Assembly: GCA_963663165.1 (NCBI GenBank)
Contig: OY760175.1
Coordinates: 4,128,001 to 4,192,000, forward strand
DNA: 64,000 nt
Source of the DNA: an uncultured Desulfospira sp.
GTDB taxonomy: Bacteria; Desulfobacterota; Desulfobacteria; Desulfobacterales; Desulfobacteraceae
Direction of reading: 5' to 3'
Shown here piece after piece: positions 40,099-50,626 of the stretch. Position 1 is the first letter of the stretch; every line of letters begins with the position of its first letter. The translations under genes were made by a program, and so were the position numbers. Under the pieces are notes generated by a model that was given only the letters and a program-made list of their open reading frames with translations, was not told where the DNA came from and searched no databases.

Positions 40099-41250
40099 TT
40101 ATTCCGTTGTTCTGCCGTTGACAAAAGCTTCATAGGGCCAGGGGGTGACACCGCTTCTGGAGTCGCGCCATACCGAATACTCTTCCGTAAAGGCTTCCTG
40201 GGAATCAAGGACTTCTTTGACATCCGGATATTTGGCTTTTACGGAATCCAGATAGGCTTTGGTGACTTTTCTGAACTCAATCACGGTTTCTTTATCCATT
40301 TTTACGATTTCAACATTTTCCTTGAACATCTTCATGGCCTTGGCGTTCAGGCTGTTGATCCAGTTGTAGCTCCACAGCTGGGTTTCTTTTGCACAGATAT
40401 TGATGATCCATTTAAGGTCCTCGGGCAGTTCGTCATAGGCTTTCTGGTTGAAGATGACGTCACATTGGAACGCGGGCTGGTGAACGCCGGGCTGGATGGC
40501 ATATTTGGTAATTTCATCAAATCCCATGGGGTAGTTAATGGCCGGGGTGGAATATTCTGCCGCATCAATCACGCCCCGTTCAAGGGCCAGGTAGACTTCG
40601 CCGCCAGGAAGGGGAGAAACCGAAGCCCCCAGTTGATTCATGATGTCCATGTACCAGCCGGGCGTCCGGATGCGCATCCCTTTGAAATCTTCCATTTTGG
40701 TGGCCTTTTTATTGGAGAAAAGCCCCATTTCCTGACCGGTCTGCCCGGCGGGAAGCGCAAAAATGCCGTGCTTGGCATACAGTTTTTGTAAAAGCGCCAA
40801 TCCCCCCTTTTCGTAAAGCCAGATGTTGTAGCCTTCGGCATCTAGGCCAAAGGGGACCGAGGCAAAGGCCACAAACGCTTCGTTTTTCCCTTTCCAGTAA
40901 AGCGGGGAGCCATGGGCCATTTGAACCGAGCCTGAGGAAACCGCATCAAAGGTCTGGTTGGCCGGCACCAGCTCCCCGGCAGAAAAGGGCTTTATGTCCA
41001 GCCGGCCCGCCGAAGCCAGGCGGACGCTGTCGGCAAAATGGGTGGCAATGTCATAAAACAAAAGGCCCTTGGACCAGGGCATGGCCATTTTCCACCGGAT
41101 TTCTTCAGTAGACGGCTTAAAACTGACGCGTTTGGCATCTTTGTGGCGCGGGTCCTGGCCAAATTTTTCCCTGGCACCGGCAAAGGGTGATCCACAGATA
41201 AAAAAAATAGCCGTACAGCAGGTGACTGCAACGATTAATGCTCTTTTCAT
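40099..41250 (-). CDS. dctP: TRAP substrate-binding protein (TakP/lactate-type)
   Basis: FSAGEL, GMRIR, LERGVIDAAE. Confidence 0.88.
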   Translation of the reverse strand: MKRALIVAVTCCTAIFFICGSPFAGAREKFGQDPRHKDAKRVSFKPSTEEIRWKMAMPWSKGLLFYDIATHFADSVRLASAGRLDIKPFSAGELVPANQTFDAVSSGSVQMAHGSPLYWKGKNEAFVAFASVPFGLDAEGYNIWLYEKGGLALLQKLYAKHGIFALPAGQTGQEMGLFSNKKATKMEDFKGMRIRTPGWYMDIMNQLGASVSPLPGGEVYLALERGVIDAAEYSTPAINYPMGFDEITKYAIQPGVHQPAFQCDVIFNQKAYDELPEDLKWIINICAKETQLWSYNWINSLNAKAMKMFKENVEIVKMDKETVIEFRKVTKAYLDSVKAKYPDVKEVLDSQEAFTEEYSVWRDSRSGVTPWPYEAFVNGRTTE

Positions 41251-41304
41251 GGTGTTCCTCCAGTTTTAAAATTTTAAAAAAGGTTCATGACACGGTATTT
41301 AAAT

Positions 41305-41525
41305 AACGGTCATACCCTTAAAGGGCAGAAACGGACCGTCTTTGATTATCCAGCCAGGCACCGCCCACAACGAATAATGAAAGCCTTCTCAGGATGTTTT
41401 ATATGAAAGAATCTGCAAGCTGCTGTAATTCTTTCATGCTTTGTTGTGGGCCGAACCGGATTAACAATCCAATCGGCCCGGTTTCTGCCCTTTAGGGTAT
41501 GGCCGTTAGTGAGCCTTTCATATAA
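41305..41525. repeat. Two nested mini-elements (outer on minus, inner 41399-41507 on plus)
   Basis: Outer loop GGATGTT|AGTGAG (intact in the 50.46 kb copy) is split by TTATATGAAA...GGCCGTT. Confidence 0.85.
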
Positions 41526-41622
41526 AAATTAATGGGATGTTAGCGCCCTGTTTCCTCCTTTTCCCCCGGCCTTTTCTTAAATCAAAAGGGTAAAAACAAT
41601 TCAAATAATGAAAAATAAGCTA

Positions 41623-41832
41623 TGGTATTACCAATATCTATTTTGAGAAAATAATTTTGTCAAGAGAAAAATTAATTGAATTGATTTTTTTACTTGTATC
41701 TGTTATTTCAAACAAAGCGTTGCATTTCAGGCAGCCTAAAACCCGATAAATAGCGCTTTGGTAAATGGTATGACCATGGTATTTATTGCAAGTCGCCTTG
41801 TGAAAAAGCAATAATAAAATTTGGTATGACCA
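41623..41832. promoter_or_regulatory. Three FadR/GntR-type operators TGGT-N3-ACCA
   Basis: 41623-41633, 41766-41776, 41822-41832 in the divergent region; FadR gene nearby. Confidence 0.75.
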
Positions 41833-41855
41833 TATTCCATGAAGGGAGGCAATTG

Positions 41856-43247
41856 ATGAATTCAGCACTGAAAAAAGAATTAATCCAAATCCTGGGGGCA
41901 GACAACCTGATGACGGATATGGAGGACAGGATGAGTTACGCGTATGATGCGGCCGTGCTGGAGCCCCAAACCCCCATGGCCGTTGCCATGCCCCGGAACA
42001 CAGAAGCCGTGGGCAAGGTTATCCGGTTATGCCATGAAAACGGCATTCCCCTGACGGTCAGGGGGGCCGGCACCAATCTTAGTGGCGGAACCATCCCCGA
42101 CCCCGGCGGGATTGTCCTGCTCACCAACCGGTTTAACCGGATTCTTGAAATCAATGAACAGGACATGTACGCCGTGGTCCAGCCCGGCGTGGTCACCGCA
42201 ACCCTGGCAGCAGCCGTGGAAAGCAAGGGGCTGTTCTATCCTCCGGACCCGGGCAGTCAGGCCGTCTCCACGCTGGGAGGCAATGTGGCGGAAAACGCCG
42301 GCGGGCTTCGGGGGTTGAAATACGGGGTAACCAAAGATTATGTCATGGGCCTTGATTTTTTTGATGCCCAGGGCGGGTATATAAAGACCGGGTCAAAAAC
42401 CGTGAAATGTGCTACCGGATATAATATTACCGGCCTGATGGTGGGGTCGGAAGGAACCCTTGGCGTGCTAGACACCATTATCTTAAAGCTGATCCCCTAT
42501 CCCAAAGCCAGGAAATCCATGATTGCCGTATATGACGCCATAGAAACCGCATCCGAGGTGGTGTCGGCCATTATTGCCGCAAGAATTGTTCCCGCCACCC
42601 TGGAAATCCTGGACAACTTTACCATCCGGGCCATTGAAGACTATACCAAAGCCGGCCTGCCCGTGGATGCGGCTGCCCTGCTGCTCATTGAAGTGGACGG
42701 CCATCCCGCTGAGGTGGCCGAAGAGGCCGGGCAGGTGGAAACCCTGTGCAAAGAATATGGGGCTACGGATATTAAAACAGCCAGGACCGATGAAGAACGC
42801 GACAAGGTCTGGTCGGCCCGCAGGGCGGCGTTGTCTGCCCTGGCCAAACTAAGGCCCACCCTTGTCCTGGAAGACGCCACCGTGCCCAGAAGCCGGATTC
42901 CGGAAATGGTCAAGGCCCTTCAGCAGATCGGAAAAGACTTTAACCTGAGCATTGGCACGTTTGGCCATGCCGGGGACGGCAACCTTCATCCCACCATTCT
43001 GACCGACCGCCGGGACAAAAAAGAGTGGGAAAGGGTCGAGGCCGCCATTGAACAAATTTTTGACAAGGCCCTGGCCATGGGCGGCACCCTTTCCGGCGAA
43101 CACGGCACCGGGATCGCCAAAGCCCCGTTTCTGGAAAAGGAGGCCGGGGCCTCGACCATACTATTCTCGCAAAGGCTTCGAAAGGCCCTGGACCCCAAAG
43201 GCATCCTTAACCCGGGCAAAATCACAGGAGTGCCCCGTCATGGATAA
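41856..43247 (+). CDS. glcD: FAD-linked glycolate/D-lactate dehydrogenase subunit (GlcD family)
   Basis: PPDPGS, GSEGTLG, GHAGDGNLHP, SGEHG. Confidence 0.85.
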   Translation: MNSALKKELIQILGADNLMTDMEDRMSYAYDAAVLEPQTPMAVAMPRNTEAVGKVIRLCHENGIPLTVRGAGTNLSGGTIPDPGGIVLLTNRFNRILEINEQDMYAVVQPGVVTATLAAAVESKGLFYPPDPGSQAVSTLGGNVAENAGGLRGLKYGVTKDYVMGLDFFDAQGGYIKTGSKTVKCATGYNITGLMVGSEGTLGVLDTIILKLIPYPKARKSMIAVYDAIETASEVVSAIIAARIVPATLEILDNFTIRAIEDYTKAGLPVDAAALLLIEVDGHPAEVAEEAGQVETLCKEYGATDIKTARTDEERDKVWSARRAALSALAKLRPTLVLEDATVPRSRIPEMVKALQQIGKDFNLSIGTFGHAGDGNLHPTILTDRRDKKEWERVEAAIEQIFDKALAMGGTLSGEHGTGIAKAPFLEKEAGASTILFSQRLRKALDPKGILNPGKITGVPRHG

Positions 43248-44568
43248 AATCAGCGCCCTGGCCGTACGGGTGAAAGAACTGGAAGACCAGCTTGCGGTAT
43301 GCATGCGTTGCGGCATGTGCCAGGCCGTCTGCCCCCTGTTTGAACAGACCGGGCGGGAAACGGATGTGGCCAGGGGCAAACTGGCCCTGCTCTCAGGATT
43401 GATGTCCCGGATGTTTGATGATCCCAGGGGGGTGGCGGACCGGCTCAACAAATGCCTGTTGTGCGGCGCCTGTGCCGCCAATTGTCCATCCGGCGTGAAT
43501 GTGCTTGATATTTTTATCCGCGCCCGGGCCATTCTGACTGAATATGCCGGGCTTTCGGCCCCTAAAAAACTGGTTTTAAGGCAGGTGCTTTCAAATCCGG
43601 AACGGTTTAACACGGTGGTGGGTCTGGCTGAAAAGTTCCAGGGGATGATGGTGAAAAGCCGGGAGTCCGTCCAGGGCACCTCTTGTGCCCGGTTTGGTTC
43701 GCCATTGCTGTCCGGCCGCCATTTTCTGCCCCTGGCCAAAAACCCTTTTCACCGCTGCCGGACTGCCCCGGTTTCGGCAAAAGGCCATTCAGGCCCCAGG
43801 GTGGTGTTGTTTACCGGCTGTCTGATCGACAAGCTCATGCCCGACATCGGCCATGCCGTGGTAAAGGTTATGGCCCATCACAGGGTCAACCTTCTGGTTC
43901 CTGAGACCCAGGGCTGCTGCGGCATACCGGCCCTTGCCTCAGGGGATCGAAAAACCTTTGACACCCTGGTCAGCCACCATATCCGCCTGTTCAAAAAGCA
44001 GCCGTTTGACTATCTGATCACGGCCTGCGCTACCTGCACGTCTACGGTGAAAAAACTATGGCCGTCAGTTTTTAAAGGCGCGGCCAATGAAAATGAATAT
44101 ATCAAAGAACTTTGTGCCAAAACAATGGATGTTAACCAGTTTCTCGTGGATGTGATAAAGGTGCCGGTACCGGACATGCCCGGGGAAGGAAAGGAGGCGG
44201 TCACCTACCACGATCCCTGCCACCTGAAGAAATCTTTGGGAATCTTTGCCCAGCCCAGAACCCTGATAAGGGCTGCCGGCCATCCGTTAAAAGAGATGGC
44301 GGCTCCGGATAAATGCTGCGGCATGGGCGGAAGTTTCAATCTTTTCCACTATGAAATTTCCATGAAAATCGGATCCATCAAGCGACAGAACATTGTTGAC
44401 ACCGGGTGCCCTACGGTTGCTTCGGGCTGTCCGGCCTGCATCATGCAGATCAGCGACATGCTTTCAAGAAAAAAGGACGATATAAAGGTTGTCCATCCGG
44501 TTCAATTGTATGCCCGGCACCTGGATAATGATGATCCGGCCGCCCGCGGACAACAGAAAAAGGCTTGA
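43240..44568 (+). CDS. glcF: Fe-S/CCG subunit (GlcF family)
   Basis: Two CxxCxxCxxxCP, two CCG domains, YHDPCH. Confidence 0.8.
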   Translation: MDKISALAVRVKELEDQLAVCMRCGMCQAVCPLFEQTGRETDVARGKLALLSGLMSRMFDDPRGVADRLNKCLLCGACAANCPSGVNVLDIFIRARAILTEYAGLSAPKKLVLRQVLSNPERFNTVVGLAEKFQGMMVKSRESVQGTSCARFGSPLLSGRHFLPLAKNPFHRCRTAPVSAKGHSGPRVVLFTGCLIDKLMPDIGHAVVKVMAHHRVNLLVPETQGCCGIPALASGDRKTFDTLVSHHIRLFKKQPFDYLITACATCTSTVKKLWPSVFKGAANENEYIKELCAKTMDVNQFLVDVIKVPVPDMPGEGKEAVTYHDPCHLKKSLGIFAQPRTLIRAAGHPLKEMAAPDKCCGMGGSFNLFHYEISMKIGSIKRQNIVDTGCPTVASGCPACIMQISDMLSRKKDDIKVVHPVQLYARHLDNDDPAARGQQKKA

Positions 44569-44652
44569 TATTCGAAAATTTTTAATCAATATTAGATCAT
44601 CAAACATAAAAATACCCCAAGTATTAACAGCCAACAGCCAGATGAACCAAAC

Positions 44653-45363
44653 ATGACCATACCCATTAAACCCATTCAACCCCAACGGATCTCAGACCAG
44701 GTTTTTGAACAGATAAGGGAACTGATTTTCAGGGGAAAACTCAAGCCCGGCGAAAAGCTGATGACCGAACGGGAACTGGCCCAGGCCATGAACGTTAGCC
44801 GGACAGCCATCAGAGATGCGGTCCAGCGCCTTTCCGCCATGGGGCTCATTGTCCGCAAACAGGGCCAGGGCACCTTTGTCAAATCCTATGACCCTGAGCC
44901 GACCAATCCCCTGGTCAAGGCCATGGAAGAGCAGAACGCCACCCTGAACCATCTTCTGGAAGTCCGGATGGGGCTTGAGTGCAATGCCGCATCCATGGCG
45001 GCTCGGCGTGCTGATGAATCCGATATCAACTCCATGAACCAGAGCATGGAAGAGATGCGCCGGGAAATCGCCTCGGGCCGCCTGGGAACCCAGGCCGACA
45101 CCGCCTTTCACATGGCCATTGCCTATGCGGCAAAAAATCCCCTTCATATCCTGATCATGCGCAATTTTTACGATTACCTGACCCACAATATTCGGGAAAA
45201 CCTGGAATCCCTTTACCAGGAAGCTGAAAACACCAGAATTATCCTGAATCAGCACCAGAATATTCTTACCGCCATTATGGCCAGGGACGGGGATTCGGCA
45301 CTGGAGGCCATGAAAACCCATATCCGGTTTGTTATGGATTTTTTCAAGGAAAAATCAACCTGA
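44653..45363 (+). CDS. FadR/GntR regulator
   Basis: ERELA...VSR...RDA...QGQGTFV plus FCD domain. Confidence 0.9.
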   Translation: MTIPIKPIQPQRISDQVFEQIRELIFRGKLKPGEKLMTERELAQAMNVSRTAIRDAVQRLSAMGLIVRKQGQGTFVKSYDPEPTNPLVKAMEEQNATLNHLLEVRMGLECNAASMAARRADESDINSMNQSMEEMRREIASGRLGTQADTAFHMAIAYAAKNPLHILIMRNFYDYLTHNIRENLESLYQEAENTRIILNQHQNILTAIMARDGDSALEAMKTHIRFVMDFFKEKST

Positions 45364-45522
45364 ACAGTTAGGGCCCCTGGTTTTTGCCTATTTTTCAGCA
45401 TTAGCTGAATAGTTAATATGTGCCTTTTGGTGTAACGCAGGATACGGACAAAAAGGCAAGCAAGATGGGGGAGTTATTTCTTTCCGAACCCCTTACCCTG
45501 AACCAAAAGTAAAGGAGCGGGC

Positions 45523-46707
45523 ATGCGTTATCTTGTCCTCCTGTCAGCCGTTGTTATGCAGATCTGCCTGGGTGCCACCTACTCCTGGAGTGTTTATGTC
45601 CAGCCCCTTAAAACATTGACCGGCCTTGCCCAGGGGCCGGTCCAGCTCCCGTTTAGCCTGTTTTATTTTGCTTTTCCGGCGACCATGATGATTGCCGGCC
45701 ATTTTCTGCCCCGCATGGGGCCAAGAAAAAGCGCGGTGGCCGGAGGGCTTCTTTTCGGGGGAGGATGGCTGGTGGCCGGCCTGGGAAGCAAAAGTTTCTG
45801 GTTCACCGTTCTGGGCATCGGCGGCCTGGCCGGCATGGGCGCGGGCATGGCCTATATCGTTCCCATTGCCGTATGCATCAGCTGGTTTCCCAAAAGCAAG
45901 GGACTGGTGACCGGGATTGCCGTGGCCGGTTTCGGCGGCGGTGCCGCCCTGGTCAGCCAGGTGGGCGGCCACCTTATTTCCGGGATGGGCATGACGCCTT
46001 TTCAGACATTTTTTATATTTGGCGGCCTGTTTTCCGTATTGATTTCCCTTTCCGGATCATTGATGCATTTCCCGCCGGGAAAATTAAGCGGCAAAAACCG
46101 GCCTGCCAGGACATTAAAACCGGGGCAAGTGGTGCGGCATCCTGATTTTTACATGCTTTATGCGTCCATGTTCATGGGGCTTGCGGCCGGATTTGCCGTA
46201 AACGCCAATCTAAAAGAACTGTACCAGGGCGCTGGAAATGGTGTCAGCATAGGGGTGACGGCTGTGTCTGTATTTGCCCTGGCCAATGCGGCCGGCCGGG
46301 TGATCTGGGGCGCGGTTTTTGACCGGATCAGCGCTTCGGCAGCCATTCAGGCCAACCTGATCAGCCAGGCCCTTGTCTTGGCAGTGTCCCCGTTTCTTGC
46401 CACCACTGCTTTGGGGTTCTGGGCACTGGCCTTTATTGCCGGGTTCAATTACGGCGGGGTTCTGGTAATTTATGTATCCTCCGCTTCAAGGGCCTGGGGT
46501 GCGGCCCATATCGGCCAGGTCTACGGCTGGCTTTTTACCAGCAACATCCCGGCCTCTTTATCGCCTATTCTGGCCGGGCTGTTCTATGACCGGTTCCATA
46601 CTTTTAACGGATTTCTTTTTATTTTGTCCGGCCTGCTGATTGCTGCCGCAGGCATGGTCCACGCCCGGCCTGAACCCGTTAACCGGTCGGCTAATTCCGA
46701 AAACTGA
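45523..46707 (+). CDS. OFA-family MFS transporter
   Basis: GATYSWSV and WFPxxKGLVTG. Confidence 0.88.
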   Translation: MRYLVLLSAVVMQICLGATYSWSVYVQPLKTLTGLAQGPVQLPFSLFYFAFPATMMIAGHFLPRMGPRKSAVAGGLLFGGGWLVAGLGSKSFWFTVLGIGGLAGMGAGMAYIVPIAVCISWFPKSKGLVTGIAVAGFGGGAALVSQVGGHLISGMGMTPFQTFFIFGGLFSVLISLSGSLMHFPPGKLSGKNRPARTLKPGQVVRHPDFYMLYASMFMGLAAGFAVNANLKELYQGAGNGVSIGVTAVSVFALANAAGRVIWGAVFDRISASAAIQANLISQALVLAVSPFLATTALGFWALAFIAGFNYGGVLVIYVSSASRAWGAAHIGQVYGWLFTSNIPASLSPILAGLFYDRFHTFNGFLFILSGLLIAAAGMVHARPEPVNRSANSEN

Positions 46708-48553
46708 TTTCTATATGATATGCCCCCCCATCCAGGTTCGCCTCCATGGGCAGCCCGAGTTTTTCAAACACCTTGATCATGGGGTAATTATCCGGCATCA
46801 CCTCTGCGGTAATTCCCTTGAATCGCTGTTTTTTACCGAAATCCACCAGCAGTTTGAGCATGAATGAGCCAATGCCGATGCCCTGATATGCCTGGTCAAT
46901 GAGAAAGGCCACCTCTCCGGAATAGGTTCGTTCATCCCGGATCAACCGGGCTTCGGCAACAATCTGGTTCTGCTCTTCACTGGTGTCCACCATGCCGACG
47001 ATGGAGACTTCCCTGCTGTAATCCACGTTCACATACTTTTGCATTTTATCGTGGGCCATGGTCTTAATGGCGTAAAAGAACCGGTAGTAAATGGCCTCTT
47101 TGGAGCACCGGTAAAAAAAGCGGCGCATGGCCTCTTCGTCCGATGGCTTGATCCCCCTAAACCGGATTTCCTTTCCCCCTTTGAAGGTCTGGGTGCAGTC
47201 CAGGTAGGAGGGGTAATACCGTGCTGAATTGGGGATAAAAATCTGGTCGGGATAGATCAGCTGCTGTTCCTTTGCTTTTTCAACCAGCTCCTCCCGGTCG
47301 TCGGGATGGGCAATGTCGATGATGGCCTGGGCCCGCTCCCTTAAGGTTTTCCATTTCAGGTTGGCCACGCCGTATTCGGTGGCGATCATGTGAACCGATT
47401 CTTTTAAGCGGAGCTGGTTGGCATAGTTTTGAACGCTTAACAGAATATTGGGCTCCCCTTTTTCATTTCTGGAGGGAAGGCCGATAATGGTGGCCCCGTC
47501 TGCGGATGCCTCGGCCCCCTTGTAAAAGTCAATTCCCTCTCCAGGGCCGGTGATCACCGCCCCTTTCAGGGGGAAGGCCGCGCCCCCGAGAAGGTCCACC
47601 TTTCTGACCTCGTAGATGGCGACAAACTGGGGGTTCTGGGCAATGAGCTGGGAGTTGCACACCCAGTTGATTCCCTGGAATTCCACCAGGGGATTCCGGT
47701 TCAGCCACTTCATAAGGCGCTTGGTCCCAAGGGCATAGGATGCAAGACTTTTTCCCCGGAAAGGGGATTTGAACCGGTTGGTCACGGCCCCGGAATTGAC
47801 CAGCTCGGCCAGGGCATCGGTAAAATAAAGGGAATGAACCCCCAGGTCCTTTTTGTCGCTAAGGTGGGGGACCAGGGCTTCAAACAAGGAGCCAAGGCCG
47901 TAATTGATGCAGTCTCCGTCTTTGATCACCGACGCCACATTGGCGGCCACCTGGTTCATCAGCTCGGAAACCGTGGGCGGTGCATAGGTGACCGGCTCGT
48001 GCTCAGACCGGACCAGAAGGTCAAAATCTTCAATAGAAACAAGGGTATCGCCATAGGTAAAGGGGATATCGCGGCTGACCTCCCCCACCACCAGAGATGC
48101 CTGTTCCATAACCTCCCTTGCCACGTCCACGGCCCCGCCAAGGCTGCAATACCCGGCGTCATCCGGCGGTGTGATCTGGATAAACGCCACGTCAATCTTG
48201 ATTTTTTTGGCCTTGATGATCTTGGGAATCTCCGAATAATAGGCCGGAATCAAGTCCACCTGGCCCGATGCGATGGTGTCCCAGGCCACATAACCGGAAA
48301 AAAATGTCTTTAACCGGTAATTGGGCGCATTGAGCCGGTCCACGGAAAGGATGGTCTCTCCCTGGACGGCCAGCTGCACCAGTTCGAGATCCCGTATGTT
48401 ATGGGAATCCACATCCAGAAGGCTACGAAGCAGGGTCCGGGGTGCTGCCGGACCGCTGCCGATAAAAACGGTCATGCCCGGGTTTATATGATTTAAAACC
48501 TTTTCAGGCGGGACCATGTTCTCTTCCCAGTTGGACACATCGAATTCTGGCAT
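46691..48553 (-). CDS. Acetyl-CoA hydrolase/transferase-GNAT fusion
   Basis: ATEYGVANL...ERAQAIIDIAHPDDR and C-terminal YQGIGIG. Confidence 0.85.
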   Translation of the reverse strand: MPEFDVSNWEENMVPPEKVLNHINPGMTVFIGSGPAAPRTLLRSLLDVDSHNIRDLELVQLAVQGETILSVDRLNAPNYRLKTFFSGYVAWDTIASGQVDLIPAYYSEIPKIIKAKKIKIDVAFIQITPPDDAGYCSLGGAVDVAREVMEQASLVVGEVSRDIPFTYGDTLVSIEDFDLLVRSEHEPVTYAPPTVSELMNQVAANVASVIKDGDCINYGLGSLFEALVPHLSDKKDLGVHSLYFTDALAELVNSGAVTNRFKSPFRGKSLASYALGTKRLMKWLNRNPLVEFQGINWVCNSQLIAQNPQFVAIYEVRKVDLLGGAAFPLKGAVITGPGEGIDFYKGAEASADGATIIGLPSRNEKGEPNILLSVQNYANQLRLKESVHMIATEYGVANLKWKTLRERAQAIIDIAHPDDREELVEKAKEQQLIYPDQIFIPNSARYYPSYLDCTQTFKGGKEIRFRGIKPSDEEAMRRFFYRCSKEAIYYRFFYAIKTMAHDKMQKYVNVDYSREVSIVGMVDTSEEQNQIVAEARLIRDERTYSGEVAFLIDQAYQGIGIGSFMLKLLVDFGKKQRFKGITAEVMPDNYPMIKVFEKLGLPMEANLDGGAYHIEISFRN

Positions 48554-48856
48554 GGTTGGCTCCTTGGATCAGATTGTTGCGGGAAAATGCACGGATTGTC
48601 TATGCCATATTTATATCAGCAATAAAACGGTTTCGCAAGAAACCGGAAAAAATATGATTTTTTTGTAAAATAGTTCATTTTTTTTCTAAAGCTTTATATA
48701 TTGGCGATATTGGCAGGGCGAAAATGAAATGGACTTTTGCCAGCAAAAAGGTTAGGTTATGGTAATTAAATTTCAATTATAGTATTTCATGATATCACAT
48801 CCATTTTATGATTAAATTCGATTCAGCTGCTTTTTTTCCGAAAAAAGGGGACGTTA

Positions 48857-50302
48857 ATGCTTAAAGAACGCCGTTCATTTACCGTTAACTGCCAGAGGTT
48901 TGTTGATCTGGGAATAACCGGATCTTCTTTTCTGTTGGCCTATGGAATTAAAAAATTCCTTTTATCCGGTGAATATAAAGGGTTGTCCACAGAACCCAAC
49001 TATTATTTGATTCTGCTTCTGGCCATGCTGTCCTGGCACATTTCCCTGAACTGGATGGGAATGTATGGCCTGTACTTTCGCAAGAACCATTTCCGGCAGT
49101 ATTTTACCACCATTTTAAAATCCTGCTGCCTGGGGATTTTTTTGTTGAGCCTGGCCATGTACGCCATGCATATCCAGGAGGTCAGCCGTGTCCTGATCTC
49201 CATATTTTTCTTTTTAAATATTTTTTTTCTGGCCGTGACCAAATATGCGGCCCAGAAAATATTAAAAAAGGTCAGGGCCCGGAGGTTTAATACTAAAAAC
49301 GTCATCATCGTCGGCAGTGGGAACCGGGCAAAGGAGGTCATTGCGGCCGTAAAAAATCAGGATGATACACGGTTCACGATTTCAGCCTGTTTTGAGGTGG
49401 ACAGTGAAAGACTGGGCCAACCCATAGCCGAGGGGTACCGGGTGACCGGCCTGGTCAAGGACCTTGAAGACTATATGCAGACCCATGTGGTGGATGAACT
49501 GATTTTTGCCACACAGCTAAAAGGGGTGAAAGACGGGGACCGGTATATCGAACTTGCAGAAACACTGGGAATAAAGGTCCGGATTGTGCCGGACTGGGAA
49601 CTGCACCACCTGAAATACTACCCCAACCTGGCCCGGGTGGCATTCGGGGAGTTTTTGGGCATTTACAACATGACCCTCCAGTTCACCCCGCCAAATGAGG
49701 GAGAGCTGCTGCTGAAAAGCGCCTTTGATCTGGTTGTGGCCACCCTTTTGACCATTCTCTTGAGCCCGCTGCTCCTCGGGATTGCCATTGCCATTAAATT
49801 TTTTTCCCAGGGGCCGGCGCTTTACACCCAGGAGCGCCTGGGCCAGTATGGTAGAACATTTATGGTTTATAAATTCAGAACCATGGTGGAAGGGGCCGAC
49901 GAACTTTTAAAAGAACTGGCGGAAATGAATGAAGCAGACGGGCCGGTCTTTAAAATCAAAAATGACCCGCGAATTATCCCCTGGGTGGGCACCTTTCTCA
50001 GGAAAACCAGCCTGGATGAGCTTCCCCAGCTGTTCAACGTGCTCAAAGGGGAAATGAGCCTTGTGGGCCCCCGGCCCCCTATCCCCAAAGAGGTGGATGA
50101 ATACTCCATCTGGCAGCGTCGGCGGCTTTCCATGAAGCCGGGCATGACCTGCCTGTGGCAGATCGCGCCCCACAGAAACGAGCTGAGCTTTGAAGACTGG
50201 ATCCAGCTGGACCTGCAATACATCGACACCTGGTCTATATTTAACGACATCTGGATCCTGGTGCTGACCGCCCGGGCGGTTCTTACTGGCGCCGGGCAAT
50301 AG
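48857..50302 (+). CDS. Polyprenyl-phosphate glycosylphosphotransferase (WcaJ-like)
   Basis: KFRTM, DPR, SLDELPQ, GEMSLVGPRP. Confidence 0.92.
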   Translation: MLKERRSFTVNCQRFVDLGITGSSFLLAYGIKKFLLSGEYKGLSTEPNYYLILLLAMLSWHISLNWMGMYGLYFRKNHFRQYFTTILKSCCLGIFLLSLAMYAMHIQEVSRVLISIFFFLNIFFLAVTKYAAQKILKKVRARRFNTKNVIIVGSGNRAKEVIAAVKNQDDTRFTISACFEVDSERLGQPIAEGYRVTGLVKDLEDYMQTHVVDELIFATQLKGVKDGDRYIELAETLGIKVRIVPDWELHHLKYYPNLARVAFGEFLGIYNMTLQFTPPNEGELLLKSAFDLVVATLLTILLSPLLLGIAIAIKFFSQGPALYTQERLGQYGRTFMVYKFRTMVEGADELLKELAEMNEADGPVFKIKNDPRIIPWVGTFLRKTSLDELPQLFNVLKGEMSLVGPRPPIPKEVDEYSIWQRRRLSMKPGMTCLWQIAPHRNELSFEDWIQLDLQYIDTWSIFNDIWILVLTARAVLTGAGQ

Positions 50303-50403
50303 CGGACAGAAAAGCCGCGTGTAACGGATCATATTTTTATAATCTAACCAAGGGGCACCAGGCTTGATCTTAGAGCCAAAACAAGACGTTCCTCGGCACG
50401 GTT

Positions 50404-50586
50404 ACTAACGGCCACGGGCCGCCTTGGTTATCCAGCCAAGAACCGCCCACAACGAATAATGAAAGTCTTATCAGGATGTTAGTGAGACTTTCATATAACG
50501 GCCACGGGCCGCCTTGGTTATCCAACCAAGAACTGCCCACAACAAATATTGAAAGCACTCAACAGGTTGCTGAGTCTTTCATATAA
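50404..50586 (-). repeat. Tandem pair of mini-elements (~88-bp period)
   Basis: TTTCATATAA at 50489-50498 and 50577-50586; internal IR ATGAAAGTCT/AGACTTTCAT. Confidence 0.9.
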
Positions 50587-50626
50587 AAAAGTTCAAAATT
50601 TGTTTGCGGCCACATCTTGAAGCAAC

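Noticed and set aside
5893..50302. Many overlapping antisense or alternate-frame ORFs in the track
   Set aside because: Shadow ORFs of GC-rich genes with no recognisable motifs.
50404..50586. CRISPR array
   Set aside because: Two ~88-bp units similar along their whole length, no unique spacers, no cas genes.
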